The position numbers and the translations under genes were made by a program. Positions 20,715 to 31,661 of a DNA stretch of 49,815 nt are shown piece by piece. Each line of letters opens with the position of its first letter. The stretch's first letter is position 1. Location: positions 1 to 49,815 of the forward strand of contig NGBS01000625.1 in NCBI GenBank assembly GCA_002245135.1. The letters are read 5' to 3'. The stretch is from Proteromonas lacertae. Its lineage: Eukaryota. A model generated the notes under the pieces. That model saw nothing but the letters and a program-made list of their open reading frames with translations, was not told where the DNA came from and did not search any database.

Positions 20715-22520
20715 TTATTTATAGCCTTGATAGATAATTTTAGTTGTATTCCACAAAGAAATGAAATTATTATACAAATACTGTTGAGATATTACACATT
20801 CAGAATATAAATACTTAGAATTTTGATTGTTTAAATATTTTTTCAATAAATCAAAGAAATATTTCTTTAAGCTTAATGAATATTCTAATGTAAAATGATC
20901 AGAGTCATAATACACAAGAATATTGTTAATTACATCCATGTATATATCATTTTTACCTAATAGTAGTCTTATTGGTATTATTGATATATTCATATTAACT
21001 ATATCTCTATAATCTGCAATACTACAGTTAATGTTTTTTATGCAAAATGAATTTTTATTTGTGAAATAAATTTTTCTAGGATTATATTTATGAAGCGGTG
21101 TTTCTTCAATTAATAGTACTTCATTGCAGTATGATTTGATGAATATTATAAACTCTATTATTTTCTTATTGAATATAGATACATCTGGTATAAATTTAAA
21201 TTGAGATATTCTAAATGAAATAATTGTCATTGTAGGATATTCTACTACCTCAAAAATTGATTTTAAAATAGTATAATCATTATTTATAATTCTATTTCCC
21301 CAGAAATAAATTCCTAAAGCAGCATATTTCTTTTTCATTAAGAAATAATTAATTGCAGGAATAAAGTGTTGCATATGTGAATCTCCTAGCAATAGAATAT
21401 AGTGTTTAATGCTTTTCAAATTGAATTTTCTATTTGTTAATATGCATTCTTTAATAAACTTCTTATTATAGCTAAATACATCATGAAATACTCTACTATT
21501 GGAAGATATAACAATATTTTTATCTATTCTATTTATAATAAAATCAAATACAAACACAAATAATATGTAACATGTTATAGTTAATACATTATTCAACGAA
21601 ATATTTCTTGTTCTCTTTTCAATTGATTCATGAAGTATAACTGCTATAATAAAGCAGCCTATATAATTAACAATATTTCTATGTACAAATACAAAAGGAT
21701 AATGAACTAAATATAATGAATAGGAGATATTTCCTAGATATGATAATATATGAATATTTAAAAATGCATTACTATTTGCTGAAGACAAATACGTATAAGT
21801 AAATGATAAAGGCAATATTATGATTAAACCTGGATAGTATTTAATGAACATATTAGTTAAACAAAAAATCATATTCAATAAAAATAATATCACTTTTAAA
21901 TAATTAAATTCCCATAACTTATTATGAAATGAAATTACTCCAATTATAAAATCTAATAATCTAATAAAAGATGAAAAATATGAATTATTATAATTAGTTC
22001 TTGTATGGTTATAACTATAAAACAATATACTTAAAATTGAAATTAAATCTATTATAACAAACTTTCCTATTAAATAAATCAATAGTGGAGAAATTATATA
22101 AAACTGGAATTCAATTGATAAAGTCCAAAAATGCATTAATGGTGAATTAAATTTTCCTGTACTTTGTGATAGATAATCCATATTTTTCCATTGATAGTAA
22201 TTGTTTAAATTAAAAATAATACTATTCTTACATTCTATACATAAATCATAAAAATCAATTGGGTTTATATTTCTGTAATTATATAAAACTACAAACATAA
22301 CAATAATTTGTGAAGGAAGTATTCTTTTTACCCTTTTTGAATAGAATGAAAGAATAGAATTATATTTTCTATGAAGAGAATTATTAATTAGATAACCGGA
22401 TATGCAAAATAAAATATCAACACCTATAAATGCCTCTGAAAATAGATGAGAATAAAAATGATAAAGAATAATTAACAAAATTGATAAGCCTCTTAAACAA
22501 TTTATATCTTTTCTATACAT
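20715..22520 (-). CDS. Acyltransferase-3 + SGNH O-acyltransferase
   Basis: YRKDINCLRG, GVDILFCISGYLI, FYSKRVKRILP, HFWTLSIEFQFY, GNISYSLYLVHYP; GDSHM and DSDH. Confidence 0.95.
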   Translation of the reverse strand: MYRKDINCLRGLSILLIILYHFYSHLFSEAFIGVDILFCISGYLINNSLHRKYNSILSFYSKRVKRILPSQIIVMFVVLYNYRNINPIDFYDLCIECKNSIIFNLNNYYQWKNMDYLSQSTGKFNSPLMHFWTLSIEFQFYIISPLLIYLIGKFVIIDLISILSILFYSYNHTRTNYNNSYFSSFIRLLDFIIGVISFHNKLWEFNYLKVILFLLNMIFCLTNMFIKYYPGLIIILPLSFTYTYLSSANSNAFLNIHILSYLGNISYSLYLVHYPFVFVHRNIVNYIGCFIIAVILHESIEKRTRNISLNNVLTITCYILFVFVFDFIINRIDKNIVISSNSRVFHDVFSYNKKFIKECILTNRKFNLKSIKHYILLLGDSHMQHFIPAINYFLMKKKYAALGIYFWGNRIINNDYTILKSIFEVVEYPTMTIISFRISQFKFIPDVSIFNKKIIEFIIFIKSYCNEVLLIEETPLHKYNPRKIYFTNKNSFCIKNINCSIADYRDIVNMNISIIPIRLLLGKNDIYMDVINNILVYYDSDHFTLEYSLSLKKYFFDLLKKYLNNQNSKYLYSECVISQQYLYNNFISLWNTTKIIYQGYK

Positions 22521-22540
22521 TTCTATATTTCAAAGTACTT

Positions 22541-22607
22541 ATAATCATGAGTATATCTAGTAGGTTGTATATGTATTAGTATGGTTAATCAACATACTCA
22601 TGATTAT
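22541..22607. repeat. 14-bp perfect inverted repeat with a 39-nt spacer
   Basis: ATAATCATGAGTAT (22541-22554) and ATACTCATGATTAT (22594-22607), 20 bp upstream of the last island gene's ATG. Confidence 0.9.
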
Positions 22608-22888
22608 GTATAAATAGAATCGGTGAGTTATTGATGTTATATCATGCTGTAAATCAATTTTATTTTGGTCCATGTTTTCCTCCTCCTCTGGACTTAATTA
22701 TTAATTAAATTATTATCAGCAGTAAACTTCAAAATTTCAATAAACTATTTAGGGAATGGTTTAGTATTATATTAGCCAAAACAGGTTGTTGTAAGCATTT
22801 TCTGCATTTGGTAATATGAATTTTGATTGTTTACGTATAAGAAATAAGTGTATAAACAAAATCATTTAATAACCATTAGATGTGCAGA

Positions 22889-25298
22889 GTAATCAACAGG
22901 GCAATCTTGGAACTCAATGGAGAACCCATTCGTGGAACTTAGGACTTTACAATTGTTAACTTGTTACCAATGGTAACTTCGGGATTCTATCTAGATATCT
23001 TAAAGGCCAATGCATCCTCCATTGTAAGTAAATTTCATCAGCTAGACTATTTCATCATTCACGGGAACAACATTGTTACCTACAAGGAACAAGAGGTCGG
23101 CATGATGAAATATTCTAGCCTGGTGTTGTATTCTCTGAAGCTTCATATTGATAAAGGCAAGGACCATTGACACTAGCACTATGTAGAAGGATAGTAAGTA
23201 AATGTTCTTAATGCCGGACACATCATAATCTATAGAAGGAGCCATCGGAAAATTCAACTATCCCATGAATGCAATACTTCAAGAACACTACCGATAAGAG
23301 GTTGCTGTAAAGGAATTAGAGGGTAAATGATTATCTCAAGCACCAGGGTTGTGAGAGGCAGTACTCGGTAAGGTTGATTTTAAGAAGATAGATCAGCAAC
23401 TTCACAAGGAGATCAATTATCTAGCAATCTTCTCTGTATGGAGGAGTGGTCGTAAGAAGGAATTGGAGGAACACGTAGGAAGGAGCAGAATATCTCAAGA
23501 GGAAGTAAGGAGATGTCAACAACTTTCAAGGCCTAGTAGTGAACAAGACAATGAAGTTACCACGGTAATCAAGACTAAGGTAGCTACAAGGTATATATAT
23601 ATCGTTGACTACACCCAACAATGGCTAGATTCAATAAGCAAGATCCTTAACGAGTTGTCGGAGTTGATAGATCAATGGTAGACTTCAAAGAATAGACTTC
23701 TCATAAAAGGATTAGCGATAGCAACGTAATGGAAATGGATGATCGTAGAACCTCTAAGAGATTCATTATTTGGAGTATCTGTGCTAGGAAATGTTGAAGG
23801 CTTACAATTCTCTTCCAGGTAAAGTAAATTCACCTGCTTATAGGAATCATTGGAAGGAACTAAGTGAATATCTGGCTTCTGAAGCATCTTAAATACGTTA
23901 TTGGATAGGTGATTGTCCTCCTCTATCTTAGCAATCGACTTATCGCATAGTAAGGGATTGGAGATGCATTCACTTAGCCTTAGGTAGTACGAGAACGCTT
24001 TGAACCATAAGAATCTTTCAAGGTCTATCTTGTGAATACCTTTGAACTCCTCGCGATGAAGCGAAGCTAATAAAGCGATGTAGAAGGAGCTACCACAACA
24101 AACAAAACCCTTTACCTCCCCATCTATACTTAGATTGATGAAAGCCTTTGGTGCTGTTGTAAAGGGAACTGCTAGGAAACATTCTTGATAAACGATGGAG
24201 TTCTTATCATCACTAGGTAAAATCAAGGAGGATGATGCTCTTGAAGGAGTTTCTGAAACAGTATCTGAACCGCGATGAACTGACGATGTCGATGAAGACT
24301 CTTGAGATAACACTTCCTGATGAACTAAAGTAAGTGATTATCTAGGTTTATGAATTCCAAGGGTTGCTATTACTTTCTGGACTAGTTTATCGCGTTGATG
24401 GGACTTTGCATTTGCTCTAAGTTCATTCTTCGGAGGAATCCTTATCTTCATGGAGATGACTAGGAAATGCGTGATTACCAGGAGTGAGCAAAAGTCAATT
24501 CTAGAAAACGTCAAGACTGAATTAACAAAGTGAGTTACGGGCAGTCCGATAATTCTCATCCGATGAAGTCAATGAATGAGAACTATTTCAACCTGATCCG
24601 TGAAGTCACCGAGAACTACGATCAGGAACGTAAGGAGGAATTGACCTTCCCGAAGAAGGCAATCAGACAGGAGAAGATTGAGAAGCTTTTCGCTTATAAG
24701 ATGCGAGTAGAAGACTCAGACACTTACGGGGATGCTATAATAAAAACTATATGGATAAAGGCATTCCATGAACAAGGAAGGTAACCATCACTCCGGTGAT
24801 CCCAATGATTGTGGACTGTGTTGGAAGCGTTGTTCGGGACTTAGGCGACAATAGGATTTATCTGAAGATCCATGATAGCAATCATCAGATCTTAAGGAAG
24901 CTCTTCGAAGTGATTGGAGATAACAAACACGATGCTGAGGATGTTTTAAGAGGAACGATAATAGTAAGCAATTCCCGAGGAACTGATTATGTACAGTTAC
25001 AATGTCAGCTATGGGCTGCTAAAACAATTAGTAAGTTCCAACACCTAGCAAGTCTTGGTAAGAGGATTTTTCGTTTAAGACTCCCTAGATGGACCTTTAA
25101 CTTTATTGACTCAAAGGACTACTCCAAGTACCGCACCTTAGAAGTCATTGTTGGTAACGACGATGTGGAAGACATCACCGACAGATGCATAGCTGCAAGG
25201 AAGGAGTTCAAATGAAGAACCAAGTAATGATCTCATACATGGAATGCAATCCTCCAGGAGTAATGGTTCTCAGATGGATGGTAATCTCGGGGTTGATT
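22889..25298. mobile_element. Inverted copy of the GC-richer element (corresponds to 1835-4178)
   Basis: Reverse-complement match: 25298 pairs with 1835, 23367 with 3806, about 23095-23178 with about 3821-3904, and 22889 with 4178. The same ORFs occur on opposite strands, with several indels. Confidence 0.95.
24530..25215 (+). pseudogene. Element gene family X, paralog B (right copy)
   Basis: ORFs 24530-24784 and 24796-25215 are joined by a frameshift near 24740. Homologous to 1195-1800. Confidence 0.6.
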
Positions 25299-25772
25299 TA
25301 TCGCGCGCGCTAAAGAAATTTGCCAGGTAAAGGAAGTAATTGATTATATTTAGATCTAATATAAAACTCTTGTTAATGTCATCATGTTATGTATGAATAT
25401 ATAATCATTTTGTTTTAAAACATTCATGAACAGTAGTTATTTTTTTTACATATATCACTGGAAGAGAATGGAATTATGAATTCTTTGATGATAAGATAAA
25501 ACAAAATCGGTGTTACGATGATTTAAAATAAAATATAAAATATTGGCTTGAGGAAGGCTTGAACTTATTTTCTTTTTTCTTCCATATTTTTTTAATGGGC
25601 TCTATATATACATCAATATGTTAATGAAACATAAATGCTAATATACTCTAACAATTTAAAAAATAAAATAATTATAAAGATTAATAATAGATGATATAAA
25701 TATCATAGAAAATTTGAGTATTATTTCAATATATTTAGTAAATTAGAGAAAATGACGTTGTATTTAGAGACA

Positions 25773-26055
25773 GGCTTTCAAAGATGGTGATGAGAATTTA
25801 TACTTACGAGGCAACTGTAAAGTAATCAGAAATATACGGTCAGGCTAGCATCTACTCAGAGTATCATCAGTAAGGACATAGCTGTCGAAGACTTACCATT
25901 TATCGATTGCATTGTTAAGTTCATCCCTGACTCGGACGATAAGAAAATTACCCTTCCAATATATCATCGATGTTACGCTAAGCTCAAGATCGTGGATCGC
26001 AATCTGGAAGTGCTAGAGGCTTTTCAGGATTATCGGAGATGATGATCAAGAAGCT
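25773..26055. repeat. Further inverted fragment of the element (corresponds to 1472-1715)
   Basis: GGCTTTCAAAGATGGTGATGAGAAT...TGTTACGCTAAGCTCAAGAT...GGAGATGATGATC is the reverse complement of 1472-1715. It is collinear with the main arm after an AT-rich interruption of about 470 bp. Confidence 0.9.
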
Positions 26056-27011
26056 ATAGTCACATGTTGTTGTACGCCGTTGAGAGATTTGCGCCGTTGG
26101 GATATAAAAGTGTTCTATTTAAAACAAATTCGACAGTAAAGGGTTTGGTAGCGAGTTATATTCAAATATAATCTTACTTTGGCATATAAGCAGCATATGC
26201 AATATACTTTTTTAAAAGCATCCGCCTTGTATATATGACACGTATTTTACTTCATTCCACATTTATTTGTTTCAATCGTTACTACAGACAAAAATGCATA
26301 AGCTGAGATGAATTAGAAGTAAAAAAATTGATGTTAAGGTAATTAAAAATTGAAAAATAAAAATCGAGTTCAAGCCACTTTCAAGCCTATTTTTTCAATT
26401 GTAAAATTAATTATAAAAAAGTAGAAATTATTATATTCTATTAATTTTTCAAAAAAGTTACGTTGGCTGTATGTCGTATTTTTCTGGCTAATCAGCTATA
26501 TTTCAAACATTGTTTGTTTATACTTTATATTAAATGTTTATAGCAATAGTAGAAAACGAAATTAAGGTTTTTGACTAACAGTATTCAATAGATGCACTGT
26601 TAATAATACTATTATTTGATTTACTTATCAGTGATTACTCGCAATAACATATTATTAACATAATATTTAATTAATTAAAATTCATATTATTGAATATACC
26701 CCAAGCCAAAGTCAATTCACATTCTGTCAAACTAGGATATATCTTACCTAGAAGAGAGGTTTATATGATTATTTATTTTCAGAAACTGGAAAAGAAAGAG
26801 ACTTATTGAAAACAAATTATTAATATCAAGAAATAGAGATTTATTGTTATAATTACATTAATATTTGTTATTTAGAGATAGTAATTAATATAAATAAATT
26901 GTTTTTGATTGTTATATTATTTGATTCTAATTCTATAGTTAAACTATTTATAGGTAGTAGCATTTTTAGAATACCATCCAGTACTATAAAATCTGTACAG
27001 GTTCAAAGTTC

Positions 27012-27268
27012 TTAGATTTTAGAATCTTTTATTGATTTTACCATATTTGGCGCATTGTCACTGAACTCATTTTTTAATTTCATTATCAAAACGGAGATAG
27101 TCTCTGATTTCTCATTTGAGACTTCAGTTGCTGCCAGAGTGTATAGTTTTTGTATAAAATCATCAAAAGAAATACACACGCTTTTCTTTTCTTTAAATTT
27201 TAATTCCAAATACTCTGTGTATGTTTTTCTACTTGGTGGATTGTAGTTGAGCTGTCTGCAAAAGCCTC
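27012..27268 (-). pseudogene. hAT-like transposase fragment
   Basis: The frame reads RGFCRQLNYNPPSRKTY...SVCISFDD, resembling the hAT PSR.T motif and the strand bearing the first catalytic Asp. Confidence 0.45.
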
Positions 27269-27269
27269 T

Positions 27270-27606
27270 AAAAAAGAAAATATTAAATCAAGCCTCACTC
27301 AAGCCTATTTTTTACATTCCTTTTTTTATATAGAATAATTATTATATTCTAATTATTTCAGCTAATGTATTTTAGTCTATATTAGCTAAATATGCATTTA
27401 GTTTCCTTCAAAAATTTCTAGAAACAAACGGCGCAAATATTCAAACTATTTATATTAACAAAAAAGTATACTGCTGAGGTTGGTCATATAACAAAGTAAG
27501 TATAAAAGTAACAATTTTTCATCAAAACAAGTAAGAATATATATTTAGTTTGTTTTAAAAGTGTCTGGTAGACAAATGGCCAACTATGACAAACGTCGCA
27601 CAACAA
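27270..27606 (+). repeat. AT-rich dispersed repeat, copy 2 (direct repeat of 4831-5125)
   Basis: High identity to 4831-5125, with one extra block near 27320-27360. Confidence 0.85.
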
Positions 27607-27652
27607 TCAAAATAACAAGGTGTTTATCAATATGTTAAATATCTATATTGAG

Positions 27653-28738
27653 CAGGGTTGTATAAATCGGTCATGACCGACGGAGAAAACCGATCGGTCG
27701 TAGGTCAATAAATAAATGTTGACCGACATCAGGCTGTAGTAACTATTAGCTGACCTCCTCCTAAACATGTGATATTAATAATATTATCTAACTGTACATA
27801 TTGAATTCAAGCTCTATATATCATTCTATAAAATACCGAATTAACCGTCGGTCGATGCGCTTTTTTCTTTCTTCATAATTGAATCTAACCTTACCAATGA
27901 GTTATTCTATTGTGTTATATATGTAATATAAAGTATAGAATGATTATAAAAATTTGAAAGAAAAAATGGCAAACTTTTAGCTTGACATTAATCATTTCTT
28001 AAAATTATCATAAATGTATCTAATATAATCTATCATTATATATTCTAGGAGTATAGTTTTACCAATTGGAGCGGCTCGTGAAGTTATTGCCTTAAAAGAG
28101 GCAAATATGCTTAAACATTTTAATTTTAACTTTTACAAATCCTTTTGGTGTAATATGTTAAAGATAAAAAGCCTTGATAAATGCATTTGCAGTAAAAAGA
28201 AAGAGATTAATTATGCCAAATGAAGTACAAGAATATTTGCAATATGATATTCATTACAGCACCTCTGAAACCATTGGAAATATCTGGCTATCATTAAAGT
28301 CCAAGTTTCCTAGGGTATACATACTTGCCAAGAACAGTTTAAACAGTCTAACAACATCTTCAGAGCCAGAAAGAATATTTTCCGAGGCTGGACAAATAAG
28401 TAACTTATCCAAATCAAATTTATCATGTGATAGATTACAAATGAAACTGATGATTAGTAGAAATAAATAAGAGCATAATTATATAAAATACCTAATTATT
28501 GTTGAGTATTAAATTGTAATTCTTTATAAAAAGTTAAAAATTATTTAATTGAATTGAAAATATATGAATCAAGTATTAAAATATATTATAAGATAGTTTT
28601 TATGAAGGGAAAATTAGTACATAATGAATTAAAATAGATTTTATAATATACGGCTTGTAAGGCTTGACCGACTGACAGTCAAGGCAAAACCTATAGGTTT
28701 TGACCTATCTCCGTCGGTAACCGATAAATACAACCCTG
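27653..28738 (+). mobile_element. Non-autonomous hAT DNA transposon (1086 bp)
   Basis: TIR CAGGGTTGTAT / ATACAACCCTG (17/19 when extended). 8-bp TSD ATATTGAG at 27645-27652 and 28739-28746. Subterminal ACCGA/TCGGT repeats. Confidence 0.95.
28174..28470 (+). pseudogene. hAT C-terminal dimerisation domain remnant
   Basis: EVQEYL...WLSLKSKFPRVYILAKNSLNSLTTSSEPERIFSEAG. Confidence 0.85.
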
Positions 28739-29130
28739 ATATTGAGTAGTTTATTGATGAATTTTCAACCAATCTTATTCTAACTATGGTATTTAAAGGT
28801 AAAACAGGAAGCAGGAATAATATATTATATGGTTTGATAGCATGTAATAAACAAATATTACTTAGTAAGTAATTTAAATAGATTAAAACAAATTAATACT
28901 CGAGGTTTGATTGACAGACTTGTTCTTCTCCGTAAGGCAGAACTCTATATTGTAGAATGATTCAATCAAAACCGCTATGATATTCATGATGTTAGGAGTT
29001 AGTTATTAACAAATATATTGTTAGTTTATCATATAGTTTTTATACTGTAGTAGTGACTGAATATCATATAGTTATTAATATTACCTACGTTAAAATAGAA
29101 ATAATAATAAAAATTGTTTAATATTTAGAA

Positions 29131-31443
29131 CTGAGTTCGGCAGGGACAGGGACAGGACGGGACAGGGACGGGACAAAGGACGGACAAAACTCTAAATGGA
29201 CGTCCATTGCCGAACTATAGGATGTAATATCATAAATATAATTTCTTTTAATTTTTATTGAAAAAAGAGGAAAAATTTATACTATATGGTATTAATTAGT
29301 AATTAATAATCAATAACAAGGACTGCCATGTTCTATATTTACTACTTCTTCATCTTCCTCTTCATAATTTTTATTAATTTCTCCTTCTATTTCTTCATCA
29401 TTTATTACATCTATATCTTCATCACTTTCATTCTCCTCCTCTAATTGAATGAAATTTTCATTTTTTCTTTTTTTATTTAATAAATAGAATTTAATACGTA
29501 ATATGTTGTTAAGTGTATCTATACTTAATCGATTTCTTAAGTGGCTGTGTATAATACCTTCTATGGAAAATGTACGCTCTATATAAGAATTAGATGTGGG
29601 GATATTTGATAATATATCATATATCCTCTTCAAATTTGGGAAATAATTTCCATATGTTGAATACCAAATAACCGTACACTTTTCCTCAAATATAGTTGAT
29701 GGGCTGTTATTATAAATCTCTTTATTCTCAAAATAATATATTTCTCTTGCTAAGTATTTATCACTAATGCCTGAAAAATTATCTATGATGAATTTTTTTA
29801 TTTTATTTCATTCAGATTCTTCTAAATTGTTTTCTAATTGTAGAAACATATATACCAAGATCATCTCGTAATTTACATGTCGCATAGATTCTGTTATTAT
29901 ATTGTCTATTGATTGTTGTTCTGTTGCTGTTAATTTTCTAATATCACTATTTAATTTTGATAATATTAAGTATGCATCTTTCAAATTAGAACTGTCCTTA
30001 CTAAGAGTATGAATTTTGTCTGTTAAATAATCAGTAATTGAATAAATTTCTTTAATTATAGGAATTTGTTCATTGTCTAACAGTTTGATATCTATCAATA
30101 ATTTTTCGTTTTTGAGTGTGCTATTAAACAAACTATAAAAGCTACTCCACCTTGTTGAGCATCTATTTCTAATATGAGGAACTTCACCATAGTTTTCATA
30201 AATAGTCTAATATTACTGTATATTTTGGCAATTCTAAAATATGTTTGCTTATGATGTTCAGCACGTGGGCTAAACATCCAAAGCTTATGACTATATGTCC
30301 TGTCGAATGTTCTACTATATCTGCTAAACTTCTCATTGTAATATTGTTGTCTGATACTATTGAATAAATCCATTCTAAACTTATTTCGTACTTTGAAAGA
30401 GTCTGTTTTATTACATTTACAAGATTCTTTGCAGTTTCCTTTTGTTTAATTACAACGCTTTCTAAAAACACAATCTTATTTTGCTTTATAGCAAAATTGA
30501 AAATGTTATCATTATTGGTGTTTCTCCACCCGTCTAGAAGTAAGGTAATTTTATTATTTTTTATTATTGATTCATTTACTAACTTATTACCCTTTTCATT
30601 GATCATATCTTTTATTTTTTTGGCTGAAGGTATTACTACATTATTTTGACTTAATTGACTTAATAGTGTTTTAAATGATGCACTTTCTACAAAACGTAAC
30701 GCAAGATTATTTTCTACTATCATATCTACAATTATATCGTTAATTTCTAGATCTTCGGCATAATTATACTCTGTTATTTGTGTTTGTGATGAATTATTCT
30801 TTTCACAACATTTGTGATGCCGTTTAAGTTGAGTTGCTCTTGCCAGTACTGATGTACGACATTTCTTGCATTGTATTCTTTTATTTTTCCCCCCATTTTT
30901 ATCTATTACTTCTTCCAAAGTTTTTAAATCATAATAACCCCAAACTTTATCTCTTACTCTCGCTGGTAATGACATTAAAATGAAAAAACTTGATTAAAAC
31001 AAACCAGAAAATGTTTTGTATAGAATTTATGGAGTTATAATCAAAGAAGATATTTCATTATAGAAAAATGTTGTTATATATCATTCATTTGAGTTATTAC
31101 AAATGTAATATGTCGTGATTAGAAGTAAATATAAATATTGTTAATTAGATATAAGATGGGATAAAAAATGAGTAAAAATAATTAAGTACGATTACAATAT
31201 GTTAATATAATAGTATAATTGAAAAATAATATATATATTTGTTAATTTTTCAGTAGGGCAGGAGTATAATGCGTTTTATGGATATATATTGCTTAGTGAA
31301 TGATTATTTTTACTATTTATTACAAAAATACTAAAAAAATATTACAAAAAGTAAAAGTGACAAAAGGGACAAAAGAAACACCTACAGCAAAACACTGGGT
31401 ATTTTGAGCGTGTGAAAGGGACAAAGAAAGGGACAAAACTCAG
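29131..31443 (-). mobile_element. Full-length hAT transposon (2313 bp), decayed
   Basis: Termini CTGAGTT / AACTCAG. 8-bp TSD ATTTAGAA at 29123-29130 and 31444-31451. GGGACA subterminal repeats at both ends. Confidence 0.92.
29310..30975 (-). pseudogene. hAT transposase with BED zinc finger (two frameshifts, one in-frame stop)
   Basis: VWGYY..CKKC..LKRHHKCC (BED), LLDGW, VSDN, CLAH (CxxH), STRWSS after a frameshift at about 30200, TGA at 29808, a frameshift at about 29740, then FPNLKRI..PTSNSYIERTFS. Confidence 0.92.
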
Positions 31444-31661
31444 ATTTAGAATAATGAAGTTCATAAAATTAAAATAATATTTTGATTAATAGAAATAAAC
31501 ATATTTATATTAATATCTCTTATAAACGATAGGAGATAATATATGTAGTATTTATGAAAAATTATATTTCCTTACAGGAGAGATGAGAGAAGATAGAACA
31601 GAAAGATATTGATGTAGAAGAATGTCCTTTCTGCAAGTCAGAAGTATAAATTATAAGAACA

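Noticed and set aside
5766..22520. Bacterial contaminant or chimeric contig
   Set aside because: Island genes have host-type short introns and type II TM anchors, alternate strands, and are flanked on both sides by the same repeat families.
25301..25310. CGCGCGCGC run at the outer boundary of the right arm
   Set aside because: It is striking in AT-rich DNA, but it is only 9 nt with no counterpart on the left arm, so no function can be supported.
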